NCBI RefSeq assembly: GCF_006345805.1
Contig: NC_042999.1
Location: forward strand, 153,202,001 to 153,266,000
Length of the DNA stretch: 64,000 nt
Direction: 5' to 3'
DNA from: Octopus sinensis
Lineage: Eukaryota
The notes under the pieces are model-generated. The model did not search any database. It was not told the DNA's origin and saw nothing but the letters and a program-made list of their open reading frames with translations. Of this stretch, positions 39,065 through 51,542 are shown piece after piece (positions within the stretch are counted from its first letter, which is position 1; the number at the start of each line of letters is the position of its first letter). The position numbers were made by a program, and so were the translations under genes.

Positions 39065-39946
39065 ACACACACACACACACCACACACACACACACACATA
39101 TACATAGACAAGAGGCTTCCACACAGTTTCCATGAGCCAAATTCACTCACAAGATATTGGTTTGCTCGGGGTTATAACTATTTAACGCTACATCCAAACC
39201 TGCACCTATCTTTTATGATAAGCTCAATAACAGCACTCTAATCCATGACTTGTATTTGTTTTTCTGTTTTATGTGTTGTGATTGTCTTGAACACAAGTTG
39301 AATAACTGTCGTAAAATCAGTTAAAGACACCATTTGTTATGTTAGTTATGGTATTAGACACCCTAATGTCAAACATGAAGTCTTGAGAATTTTAATAGCA
39401 ATGGTCTGGAAATAAAAATAATAATGGTCAGCTTGCATGGCAGAACAAATTTACTTGAATTTGATATCAAAATGGCATATTAAAATAGACACCCAGTGAT
39501 GAATTATTGAGAGAGCTTTCATGTAGTTACATGGCTTGCTAGAAATAGAAACCAAGTCATCTTCAAATTACAGTTTACTGTCTTGAAAAAGAAGGATTAT
39601 CTAGTTTTCCTAATACACAAAGAGAATGTTCACAGGTAGAATATATATTTATAGGTATGCTTGCTCTTTCATGGTTGACCAGACCAGGAGCTAGACAGCA
39701 TCAGCTTCTCTTACTCCCCCATACACACACACACACACACACACATGATACACATGCACATAGACCTATCATGTATGTATTCTAGTTTGAAATGGATAAA
39801 AATAATTACGGAGATGTACTTGCATAGAGAGTGACTTGATTTGAGATCGTGTGCTGGAACGAAAACAATTGCAGCGTGGAAGGTGTTTATAAGCCATTTA
39901 AGAAACACACAAAAACCATTAGATTCACTTCAACATTTAAATTTAA

Positions 39947-39997
39947 TTTGTCAAAATATTTTCGTCGCTTTGAGACCGCGACCTGTTCACTGACAAA
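39947..39997 (-). ncRNA. Hammerhead-like motif, G3-C8 core variant (intact stem II copy)
   Basis: Minus strand TTTGTCA-GTGAACA-G-GTCGC-GGTCTCAAA-GCGAC-GAAA-ATAT-TT-TGACAAA. Confidence 0.5.
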
Positions 39998-40016
39998 ACT
40001 TTGTGCAGCATAAAGT

Positions 40017-40067
40017 TTTGTCAGTGAACAGGTCGTGGTCTCAAAGTGATGAAAATATTTTGACAAA
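40017..40067 (+). ncRNA. Hammerhead-like motif, G3-C8 core variant (stem II weakened to G-U pairs)
   Basis: TTTGTCA-GTGAACA-G-GTCGT-GGTCTCAAA-GTGAT-GAAA-ATAT-TT-TGACAAA. Confidence 0.45.
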
Positions 40068-40361
40068 TTAAATTTAAATGTTGAAGTGAATCTAATGGTT
40101 TTTGTGTGTTTCTTAAATGGCTTATAAACACCTTCCATGCTGCAATTGATAAAAATGATATTTATAAGAAAATATTCAAATGCTGAAATTGAACTTTTAA
40201 TGATCAAATTTGTATCTAGAACAATCCATGTCAGTAGTTTACAAAGATCTCAGTAAAAGCTTAGAGTTGTTTAGACATAAGTATTCCATTTACAAAATGT
40301 ATGACATTGAACATGCAGTGTGCTTGTGTACCCCTTCTTTATACAACTGCTATTTTTGCAG

Positions 40362-41063
40362 TTTAAAAACGATGTGCGTTTAAAGCCATTTTACATAGAA
40401 GAAGACTGGTGCAGTCGTCGTCGCAGTGAGCGCATCTTTTTGAATGACTCCAGCCCACAGCCGTCGCCCAATAACATCCGGGGTTCTGCACAGAACTGTA
40501 CTTCCATGCAAAATTCCTTGTCCACCAGCGGCAGCAGCTCAAGTGCAAATAATGTCAATTTGGGCAAGTCGAGCACTCGGAACAATCGATCGAGTAGTGC
40601 TTCTGGTAAGAATAATGCCAGCGCACCTGGTACCTCTGTTACTGTTGCTGCTAGCATTGGCACCAGCACCAGTAGAACAGCTAGCAATGCTGGCGATTTG
40701 AGTTCAGTCCCTAATGTCACCAGTGCACAGGGCTCAGGTCAACCAAAGGTGAAGAGCGTGCGTAAACTTTCGGAGAAAGTGAAAGAGAAATACAACAAAG
40801 CTGCTCGTAAAAACGTACCGGCTGCAATGGAGTGCAACGTGACAACGGCTGGCGCCAACAGCATGTCTGTCAACAGCAGCACTGTCACCACTATGAGTGT
40901 TACCACCTCTAACACCAAGAACAGCAGCAGCAGCAACAACAACAACAGCAGCTCAACTGCAACATCGTCTTCAAGTTCTACCAAAACAGTAGCTATTTCT
41001 TCGTCAGCTTCCAATTCTACAGCAACATCCATTTCGTACCACACTTGTCGTTCAGCCTCGGCA
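40362..41063 (+). CDS. TNRC18: Exon 20 (phase 0-0), EEDWCSRRRSERIFLND plus S/T/N-rich region
   Basis: tatttttgcag acceptor, GCA|GTAAGT donor; follows a 14.5 kb intron; RRRSERIFL motif. Confidence 0.9.
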
Positions 41064-41125
41064 GTAAGTACTGCTTTAATCTCTCTCTCTCTCTCTTTCT
41101 CTCAGTCTCTCCCTTCCCCTCTCTT

Positions 41126-41169
<44 letters not shown>

Positions 41170-41715
41170 TCTCAAATCCACCCCTTGCATCTCATTCACT
41201 AAAATGCTCCCCCATATCTCTGTGCTCCTTCCTGCCTTAACCAATCAGCCTACCTTACTAATTAAACTATTAATTACTTCCCAGACGATGATTGCAAATA
41301 TTTCACTCTTGCTTCTGTTAATTTCTTTAATTAGCTTCCTTACTGGCAGAATCATTAGCATGTTAGACAAAATACTCAACAACCTTCCTTCTGGCACTTT
41401 ATGTACCGAGTTCAAATTCCGATGAGCTCGACATTGTCTTTCTTCCTTTTGGGACCAATAAAATAAAATATCAGTCCAGCAGTGGGGTTAATGTAATTTA
41501 GTTGCCCCTCCTCTTAAAATTGTGCACCTTGTGGTAAAATTTAGATTTATTATTATCATGAAGTTGAAAAGATATCAAAATCACAAGCATGATGTAAAAA
41601 TGATATTAAGTGGCATTTCTCTGGCTTTTTACATCCTAACTTCACAATCTGCCATGTGTTTGCTTTGATCCAGTTTGCCTTGATCCAGCCAAGCTGAGAA
41701 CTGAATAAGAATAAG

Positions 41716-42597
41716 TCCAAAGAATAAGTCTTTTGGTCGATTTGCTCGACTAAAAGCGGTGCTCCAGCATGGCCACAGTCAAATGACTGAAACAAGTAAA
41801 AGAGAAGTATTTATAGAAAACTGAAATAACTTCAAAGTAACTCATATGACCCTAAGATGTGATCATCATAGTATGTTTAGGTAAACTGAGGTCAGGTACC
41901 TTTATTCTAAAATGTGGTTTAAGTGTAGTCTCTACAGGTAACGGTAAGTTAGCTGTTGGCATCAACCAAGAACATCTCTGATACATAAGTACTCCGAACT
42001 GATACATAAGTACTTTTTGAGCTCTGGGGTCGATTTCATCAACTATCTTCATCTCTAAAATTTTAAGTTTTTTGGCTTAAGCAAAAAGAGTTATTATTAT
42101 TATTATTATCATCATATTTTACTTGTCAGAGCTCACAATCTTATTTGCTCTGGTTAATTCCACGAGTGCAGACAGCATCCATGAATTATAAGACTTGGTA
42201 ATTAGGTGTTAAGTATCATGGAAGATATTCAACACCCAAGTACCAACCTCAAAATCTTAGCTGTCCCCAATAGAGCAGTTTTTTGGGTATGCTCTGCTCT
42301 CGTGTAATTTCCAGTTTCTCCAATGTATTTCTCAAACTTGGTTATTATTATGGTTATTATTATTATTCAGTAAAAGCAACAAACTACTGGACAAATTGCT
42401 TTTTCTCTAGTTTGATTTGTCTTCAGTCTTTCTTCAAATCCTGCCAAGTTTAACTTGATTAATGATTAACCCTCAAGATGTTTGACAAAACCTTTGTAGC
42501 CCACATAAGACTCGAGTCAATTACTCTAACTATAATCCTTTCATTATATAGCATGGGTGGGTGAGAATATATTTGGGTTAAAAGAAATAATTCTAAC

Positions 42598-42633
<36 letters not shown>

Positions 42634-44059
42634 GGTGACCATTATAGAAAAGAGACTGCTGATGATTCTGCCATGCCTGTCTTCACTACAGAACCTTTAA
42701 AGAACTGCATTCAAACACGAGTTCCTGTTGCCCTTTCAAGATCTATATTAACTCTGCAGTCTAATTACGTTATCATCCAGAACCTTTGTAATATCTCCTA
42801 ACTAATCAGTGTTATTGTTATGGCTAATCTATAATCTGAATGATATTCAAACAAGCTTCACATGAAACCCTAATTATCCTTCATTTCCATTTCCTAACTA
42901 ATCACTGTCTTAGTTAATATTAAATTAATTACTTAACTAATCCATGATTTAGTTGATATTAATCTCATTCTGCCATCATAAAAATGGTAATAAACCTTTT
43001 ATTTTCTGTTAATGTTTTTATTGTTTTCTGTGAATGGCTATGGTTTTGCTTCTTATTGATGTTGTCAATTTTTATTATAATGAATGTGCATGTCTATATA
43101 TGTATATATATATAATGTATATATTTCGTTGTATTATGTATGTATTTGTTATTACATCTACACCAAAATTAAGAAGCAGAATAGCTTCTAGATACTGTGG
43201 TATCACGTAATATAATTTTACTCTGGTTTACAGTATGTCAAACTCAGTAGTACTTACTTGTACTTGTGACGGTGTTCACCGAGGGCGGGTTGAGTTGGCT
43301 TCTTCTCTGGTCCTAACGGCATCAAGAACCATGGCGGCCCATGCTCGACGGTCCTGTGCGAGGTCACTGGAGATGGTGAGCCATTCGAGGTTCCATCTGC
43401 GCAGACTGACCACCTGTGGACCTGAGAGTTCGGAGAGGTCCTCCTTTATTGTCGTTGCCCTGGTCTTTAGCTCCCCGTCTGTGCATTTGCGCCAGCTGGG
43501 AAGTGGTGGGAGGAAGACATCATGAATCAGCTCACCTAGTAGGATCATTACTATTGTGTTGAATCAAAAGTTTTGTAATCTTTTGGTAATTTATTTGATT
43601 TATTCATTAACTTACAACAAAAGCAGCCTATCATTCAAAGTAGAGGCCACTATGTTGCACCGTCTGAAGCCACCTTTTGGCAAGTTCTTCGGTCCCATTC
43701 TGATACCAGCTCTTGTCCTTTGAGGCATGTCACTGAAACTTTGGCCTCAAGTTGGTTGTAGAATTATGAGAATAGGAAGTGAACCAGTATGTATCAGAGA
43801 TGTTCTTGGTTGATGCCAACAGCTAACTTACCGTTACCTGTAGAGACTACACTTAAACCACATTTTAGAATAAAGGTACCTGACCTCAGTTTACCTAAAC
43901 ATACTATGATGATCACATCTTAGGGTCATATGAGTTACTTTGAAATTATTTCAGTTTTCTATAAATACTTCTCTTTTACTTGTTTCAGTCATTTGACTGT
44001 GGCCATGCTGGAGCACCACTTTTAGTCGAGCAAATCGACCAAAAGACTTATTCTTTGGA
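41716..44059. repeat. 272-bp inverted duplication (41716-41987 and 43788-44059) around a 1.8 kb spacer
   Basis: Colinear without indels, two substitutions found; ORF 41852-42052(-) text recurs at 43800-43920(+). Confidence 0.92.
43245..43525 (-). mobile_element. 3' fragment of the second non-LTR family with CAAGTA-type tail
   Basis: RRWNLEWLTISSDLAQDRRAWAAMVLDA resembles the 10.9 kb fragment; ends CACAAGTACAAGTAAGTA. Confidence 0.7.
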
Positions 44060-44375
44060 AGCTTAGTACTTATTCTATCAGTTTCTTTTGCCGAACTGCT
44101 AAGTTACGGGGATGTAAACACACCACCATCGGTTGCCTAGCAATGTTGTGGAGACAAACACAGACACACAAATATATACACACACACATACATACATATA
44201 TATATACATATATACGGCAGGCTTTCAGTTTCCGTCTACCAAATCCACTCACAGGGCTTTGGTCGGCCTGAGGCCATAATAGAAGACACTTGTCCAAAGT
44301 GCTAGGCAGTAGAACTGAACCCAAAACCATGTGGTTGGTAAGCAAGCTACTTACCACACAGCCACTCCTGCACCT
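43972..44375 (-). mobile_element. Third SINE family (tRNA-like head, internal microsatellite, ...GACTGAAACAAGTAAAAGA tail)
   Basis: Minus strand GCAGGAGTGGCTGTGTGGTAAG...GGTTCAGTTC head; similar heads at 9548 and 31820. Confidence 0.75.
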
Positions 44376-45174
44376 GCAACCGTCATTCTAAGAAATCCTT
44401 ATCTTGTTGAGTAGAAATGCCACATATCCCAAAATTGTTCCAAAATCTATTGTCTCTTTGAATGAAGTTCCTCTTAACAGGTTGGAGCACACCTAGACAG
44501 ATATAGTATTGTATCATTTATAGACAGACATATAAGAGAACGCTGAATATTTACAGATAAAACTAAATCCTGGTATATCTGGTGCAGACTTTATAGGTTG
44601 CCTTAAGAATTATTATTATCATTAATATGGTGAGCTGGCAGAATTGTTAGCATGCTGGATGAAATGCTTGGATGAAATATCGTTATGTTCCGAGTTCAAA
44701 TTCTGCTGAGGTCAACTTTGTCTTTCATCCTTTTGGGGTCGATAAATTAAGCACCAGTGAAATCCTGGGTTTGAAGTAGTCAGATAGTCCCCGCCCACCA
44801 AATTTCAGTCCTTATGCCTATAGTAGAAAGGATTATTATTATTATTGTTGTTGTTATTATTATTATTATTATTATTACTGGGATCGATGTAGTCAACTCA
44901 TCCCCTCCCCCAAAACAGCTGCCCTTGTGGCTAAATTTGAACCCATTATTATTATAATTAAGGTAGCAAGATGGCAGAATCGTTAGCACACCGGGTGAAA
45001 TGCTTAGTGGTATTTCACCAATCACTACATTCTGAGTTCAAATTCCACCAAGGTTGACTTTGCCATTCGTCCTTTCAGGGTTGATAAATTAAGTAGCAGT
45101 GATACACTGGGGGTCATTGTAATCAACTAGTCCCCTCCCCACAAATTTCAGGTCTTGTGCCTTTAGTAGAAAGA

Positions 45175-45211
<37 letters not shown>

Positions 45212-45941
45212 TGAAGGTGGCAAGCTGGCAGGGTTGTTAGCATGCTGGAAGCAGTGCTTAGCAACATTAATCTGTCTTTTTACATTCCAAGTTCAAATTC
45301 TGCAGATGTTGACTTTGCCTTACATCCTTTCCGGGTTAGTAAAATAAGGACCAGTTGAGCACTGGGGTTGTTGTAATCAATTAGCCACACCTCACAAAAT
45401 TTTGGGCCTTGTGCATATAGTAGTGCAGCCTTCCAGCTTGCCAGCCCTGGTCAAACCATCTAACTCATGCCAACATGGACAACGGACATCAAATGATGAT
45501 TATGATGATGATGATTATTATTATTATTATTTTATTATTATTATTAGTAGTAGTAGTAGGGTAGAGGAGCTGGCAGCAATGTTACAGCATTGGACAAAAC
45601 ACTTTATGGTATCTGTTTCAGCCCTTAATTTTCTGAGATCAAATCCCACCAAAATCAACTTTGCCTTCTTTTTATCACTTTTGGTGATATTCTTACCTCA
45701 CAGAGTTTAGGAAATGATTAATATTGTTTTAAGAAGGTAAAAATAAAAGAATACAGAAAAAGTTCTTTGAGAATGTGGAGTGCATGATTCTTTGAACACA
45801 GACTGGAATCACTTACTTTCAAAACAATACTAAAAATTATTCTTGTAAAATTATTGAAGAAATATTTCTGTGAAATCTAATAAAGGAAGTTGTGATGTAC
45901 TAGTTAATTAATTAATTAATTACATTTTATTTGTTTTTCAG

Positions 45942-46086
45942 TTCTCAGCTTTTGAAAACTCCAAACTACGTTTGCCATCTTTCCGACAAGAGTCGAGTGA
46001 AAATGAAGGAGAGGCTAGCGACTTCAGTAGCAGTGATGGAGACAACATACCTCTTAGTGCTCTCAGAGAAAGAACAGCAACCCCTG
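45942..46086 (+). CDS. TNRC18: Exon 21 (phase 0-1), FSAFENSK...SDGDNIPLSALRERTATP
   Basis: ttgtttttcag acceptor, CTG|GTAGGT donor, open frame. Confidence 0.88.
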
Positions 46087-46144
46087 GTAGGTTTGATTAA
46101 ATATTAGGTATATTGCTGCACAGCGTTGACAGAGCAGCTAAACA

Positions 46145-46603
46145 GCTTCCGTACCAGTGGCACATAAAAGGCACCATTCGAGTGTGATCGTTACCAGTGT
46201 CACCTTACTGGCACTTGAGCCCCGTGCTAGTAGGGTGCTAAGAGCACCATCTGAGCGTGATCATTGCCAGAGTGGCTAACTGGCTTCCATGCTGGTGGCA
46301 CGTAAAAGGTACCATTTGAGCATGATCGTTACCAGCATCGCCTTACTGGCACTTGTGTCGGAGGCACGTGTAAAAACATTTGAGCGAGGTCATTGCCAGT
46401 ACCGCCTAACTGGCACCCGTGCCGGTGGCACATAAAAGCACCCACTACACTCTCAGAGTGGTTGGCATTAGGAAGGGCAACCAGCTGTAGAAACTCTGCC
46501 TGATCAAGATTGGAGCCTGGTGCAGCAATCTGGTTCGCTAGCCCTCAGTCAAATCGTCCAACCCATGCTAGCATGGAAAGTGGACATTAAACGATGATGA
46601 TGA
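46145..46603 (+). mobile_element. RTE-like LINE 3' tail copy with about five internal hairpin units
   Basis: Repeated GGTGGCACRTAAAAG units followed by the standard tail. Confidence 0.8.
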
Positions 46604-47160
46604 GTGTTAAATAGCATACACGTCCAATATAACTGGTTTTATCTTTGAACATGCCAACAGCCAAATATTTATCCATATTTGTATGTGCATACATTTGTAC
46701 ACATGCAAACACACACACACACTGATACAGATGAATGAATGAGCTGCTCTTTGAATCAATGTCAGGTGGCTTATAACATGTAAAAAGTCCCTAGGCAGGG
46801 CAACCGGTCATAGAAACCATGCCAAAACAGGCAATCGGAGCCTGATGCTTCTCTCACTCTCCCTCACTCTCTATCTCTCTCTCCCTCTCTCTGCCTCCCT
46901 CTCTCTCATGTAAGTTTTAAGTGTGTGTAAGTGCTGTAAAGTGGTTGGCATTAGAAAAGACATCGAGCTCCAGAAACCAGACCAAAGTAAACCCTGGAGC
47001 ACAAAGCAGTCTTCAGACCTGTTGTCTCCTGTCAAACTGCCCAACCCATGCCAGGACCATAGATGTTTAATGCAAATTATAGAGTATATGTACAAGCTTA
47101 TGTTTTTCTTTCTGTACAAAATGAAATAAAAAATAAATATGCATTCCTACTGTTTTACAG

Positions 47161-47275
47161 AACCACGATGCTGTACTATCGAGAAAGAAGACTTGAAGGA
47201 TGGCTTACGTGTCCTCTTGTTCAGAGATGGACTGTTTTATGAAGGAGAAGTAAAAGCTATCAGACCCCCTGATGT
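47161..47275 (+). CDS. TNRC18: Exon 22 (phase 1-2), Tudor 1 start: PRCCTIEKEDLKDGLRVLLFRDGLFYEGEVKAIRPPDV
   Basis: tgttttacag acceptor, TGT|GTATGT donor; Tudor signature. Confidence 0.95.
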
Positions 47276-47504
47276 GTATGTACAATTGAGATTTTATGAT
47301 TTTTGCTTGTTTGTTTATTAATCTTTCACTGTCATCTCAGTTCCAGCCACGGAAAAAATTACTTAATTACATTACTGTTACCAACTGAGGTGTCACTTCT
47401 TTTACGCCATTAATATTCTGGGCAAAAATTAAGTAGAAGAATAAAACTCCATTAATATATTAGGAGTCTGTGAAATTTAATATAAGCTAACAATAACCCT
47501 TTAA

Positions 47505-47976
47505 CCCTTTCGTTACCAACCTGGTTGAAACCAGCTCTGGCTCTGTAGTACAAATGTCTTGTTTTCACAAGTTTTGAATTAAAATCTCCCACCAAACCTT
47601 AGTCACAATTTATGTTCCTAACACTAGCTTAGTGATGACTGAGTTATTTTACTAAATTCTTTGTTATATTTAAAATTAATTGAAAGAAACACAAAACATC
47701 CCAACAGGGATATGGTAACAAAAGGGTTAAAATATATAATAGAGAAACAATTTTTAACCCTTTTGATACCAACCTGGCAGAAATTGCTGCTGGTTCTGTA
47801 GTACAAATGTTTTGTTTTCAAAAGTTCTGAATTAAAATATTCCACCAAACCTTAGCCACAGTTTATGTTTCTAATACTAGCTTAATGATAACAAAGTTAT
47901 TTTACTAAATTCTTTGTTATATTTAAATTAATTGGAAGAAACACAGAGCATCTCAAAATAAATACAGTAACGAAAG
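47505..47976. mobile_element. Same MITE dimer in inverted orientation
   Basis: Reverse complement of 36989-37463, including the 31-bp spacer (2 mismatches). Confidence 0.8.
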
Positions 47977-48513
47977 TAACCCTTTAACGTTTTTAAACTG
48001 GCCATATCTGGCATAAAAATTCAATCTGTGTTATTTAAACCAGCCAGATCTGGACTTTCACACCTATCTTATGTCATTCTAAAAATTTACAATCACATTG
48101 TGGTTGGTGTTAGGAAGGGCATCCAGCCATAGAAACATTGCCAGATCAGACTGGGCCTGGTGCAGCCTTCTGGCTTCCCAGACCCCAGTTGAACCGTCTA
48201 ACCCATGCTAGCATGGAAAGCGGACGCTAGATGATGATGATGATGACATTAGCAGCAGCATGTAAAAAGTGCTCTTGTTGGCACCACATGGAAGGTTTCG
48301 ACACCTGGGTAGTACCATTCAATCCGGCAGTATCAACAGCACTAAATGAAGTGCTGTTTGGGAACAAAACATGCAAACAAATTTCAAATACATTTACCCT
48401 ATGTACAACAATATTCAATCTAAATACTGGCAGAATTAAACACTAACTTTAAAATTAAACTTCAACAAGAAACACATAAATCTTTGTACATCTGTATCGG
48501 TATTAATAGTAAA

Positions 48514-48744
48514 GGCGTCGAGCTGGCAGAAACGTTAGCACGCCGGGCGAAATGCGTAGTCGTATTTCGTCTGTCGTTACGTTGTGAGTTCAAATCCCGC
48601 CGAGGTTGGCTTTGCCTTTCATCCTTTCAGGGTCGATAAATTAAGTACCAGTTACGCACTGGGGTCGATGTAATCGACTTAATACCTAAGTCTGTCCTTG
48701 TTTGTCCACTCTATGTTTAGCCCCTTGTGGGTAATAAAGAAATA
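48514..48744 (+). mobile_element. tRNA-derived SINE of the same family, 15-bp TSD
   Basis: TSD GGTATTAATAGTAAA at 48499-513 and 48745-59. Confidence 0.9.
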
Positions 48745-49146
48745 GGTATTAATAGTAAACCTGCTATAACTAAATTATATACTAAATAGCAACCAATCTG
48801 TAAGTCCATACAAATAATAATCCCACCAGTCTTCCATAGTTACTATTATAGAAAAAAGTGAAAGCTTTATATTCAATTCTCTCCAAAACAAAACACAATT
48901 GAATTTAATTTAACGAATAATATAATAATTATTAGTGAAACTAATTATTTCATAATTCAAAAGTTAATAATAAAAAAACACTACATACTCTTAATATATA
49001 TTAAGCCTTACCAGCTATAATGTAAACTTACCGGTAACTAATAGAAACATTAAATTTATTAAATAGGAACTAATAAAAGTATACTTGTGATTAACTGTAA
49101 TTATAATGATATATGTAATTATATATGTGTGTATTTACTTCGTTAG

Positions 49147-49222
49147 ATATGGTGTGGTGATTGACAACGAACGAGGAAACAGGCCACATATCTATTCTCA
49201 GGAAGAAATACTTAAAGATGCT
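49147..49222 (+). CDS. TNRC18: Exon 23 (phase 2-0), YGVVIDNERGNRPHIYSQEEILKDA
   Basis: cttcgttag acceptor, GCT|GTAAGT donor. Confidence 0.95.
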
Positions 49223-50061
49223 GTAAGTATATTATTCTTCTTGTTTCACTCTATAAGACTGTGGCCATGCTGGGGCACTTCCTCTAAAGGTATATTTCAA
49301 GAAATGGACTCTGATACTTATTTTATCAGTCTATTTTGCTGTACTGCTAAGTTCACTGGCACTTTGTTGGTTACGATGACAAATATCCCAATTGTTCTGA
49401 TGGAACAGCCTGTTTGTGAAATCAGTGTGCAAGTGGCTGAGTATTCCACAGACACCTGTACCTTTAATGTAGTTTTCAGTGAGATTCAGCACGATACAGA
49501 ATGTAACAAAGCTGGCCCCTTTGAATTACAGGTACATTTCATTTTTGCTAGTTGAGTGGACTGGAGCAACGTGATATAAAGTGTCCCCTTTGACTGGGGA
49601 CTGCTGAGCCAGGAGGCTGCATCAGACTCCAATCTGATCTGGCAAGGTTTCTGCAGCATTCTTCCTAATGCCAACCACTCCGAGAGTGTTGTGGGTACTT
49701 GTTACATGCCACCAACAAGCTTCTTCGTGTAGCTCCCAGAGTCCTGCTGTGGTCTATTATTGGCAGCATCATTGGAGCATTGGGTAAAAATGTCATGTCG
49801 TATTTCTTCCATCTCTTTAGTCTCTGAGTTCAAATCCTGTCACGGTCAACTTTGCCCTACAAACTTTCCGGGTCAGTAAAATAAAGTACCAGTCTTGTAC
49901 TGGGATCAATACAATTTACTGTTTGCTCCACCCCACCCCCACCTATATGTCCAACTCTGTATCTGCATTGGAAATGAATGTATTATATGTATTATATCAC
50001 TTTCAATCACTTTTACCTTTCCTTTTTTTTAATTATTATTATTATTGTTTGTTTTTATTAG

Positions 50062-50223
<162 letters not shown>

Positions 50224-50665
50224 TAATGTCCATTTTCCAAAGGTTGGATGGTTCAATATGAGCTGCCGGACCAGAGTTCTGCTCCAAGCTGCACTGTCTC
50301 ATTAGGCATGGATTCTACTGCTGGATGTCTTGCAAGGTACTTGGTGACCCTGTTGGTGATGGTGCCCCATAAAAAGCACTGGTAGTGATTATTGTTCCTG
50401 AGATATCAACATTCCTCTACAGAGTTCACTAATTTAGTGCAGGGAGGAATTGAACTGAGTACTGATACCCTTGTATCGCTTTCCAACTACATATGTCACC
50501 CACACTGCTGTGTGCTACCTACATACAGCATGGAAGATGTAGATATTGAGAGTTAAAATACCTTGGCCTAGGATATAACATTCTGATTTTGCCAAAATTT
50601 GAACTGCTGATCTTTCAGTCGGGATGTTCAGTAAATCTTGCAATTTGGCTATCTTTTCTGTCAGT

Positions 50666-50930
50666 CATCATCATCGTTTAACGTCCGTTTTCGATGCTGG
50701 CATAGGTTAGATGGTTTGACTGAGGTCTTGAGAACCGGCGGCTGCACCAGGCTCCAATCTGATCTGGCAATGTTTCTATAGCTGGATGTCCTTCCTAACG
50801 CCAACCACTCTGAGAGTGTAGTGAGTGCTTTTTTATGTGCCACCAGCACAGGAGCCAGTCAGTGGGTACTGGCATCAACCACGTTCAGATGGTGTTTTGT
50901 ACATGCCAGTCAGGCGGTCCTGGCATCGGA
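50666..50930 (-). mobile_element. RTE-like LINE 3' tail copy
   Basis: Same tail motifs in antisense; more partial copies near 9657-9910, 22585-22800, 35860-36060, 46930-47065, 48101-48246, 51215-51380. Confidence 0.75.
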
Positions 50931-51542
50931 TTGTGACAATATTTATCTGCAACTCTTTTACCACAATCACACTTATCACTACCATCATCAACAGCAACAA
51001 GAGCTGTTCAAGAATTTGAACCTGGAGATCTCATTTCCTGCGACTTCGAGGGCCACCTCCCAGTGGTGTCGGATGTCAACGAAGAGCCCTCAACTACAAC
51101 AAGACGACCAAAGTTTCTTTTTTTTCCCCCCCAATGTCTGGGGTCTCCTGCCCCTAAGCCCTAGACCATCACCTAATCACCCTTACCCGTCTTGTTGCTT
51201 AACAACAACAACAGCAGCAGCAACATTTAACATCTGTTTACCATGCTGATATGCGTTGGACAATTTGACAAGATCCAGTGAACTGCAAGGCCACAATGAG
51301 TTCCAATGTCAGCTTTGCCATGGTTTCTGTGGCTGTGTGCCCTTCCTAACATCAACCCCTTAGTGTACTGGGTGGTTTTCCTCACTCCTCATTTCAGGTA
51401 TCTTGCTCCATCCAGTTTTGGACTGTACCCTTTGCTTCTTTCATGTAAATGACTAATTAGAAACGAATAAATTTTCAAACAAATACGTTACATATAATTA
51501 AAACTGCGTCTGATTAAACTTCTATTTAATTTTGTTTTATAG

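Larger units (their letters stand above)
39866..40148. repeat. 283-bp near-perfect palindrome centred on 40007
   Basis: 141-bp arms, no indels, five differences found by eye. Confidence 0.95.

Noticed and set aside
46145-46450. Repeat-spacer pattern resembling a CRISPR array
   Set aside because: Eukaryotic intron, no cas genes, spacers are homologous to each other, and the array is part of a LINE 3' UTR.
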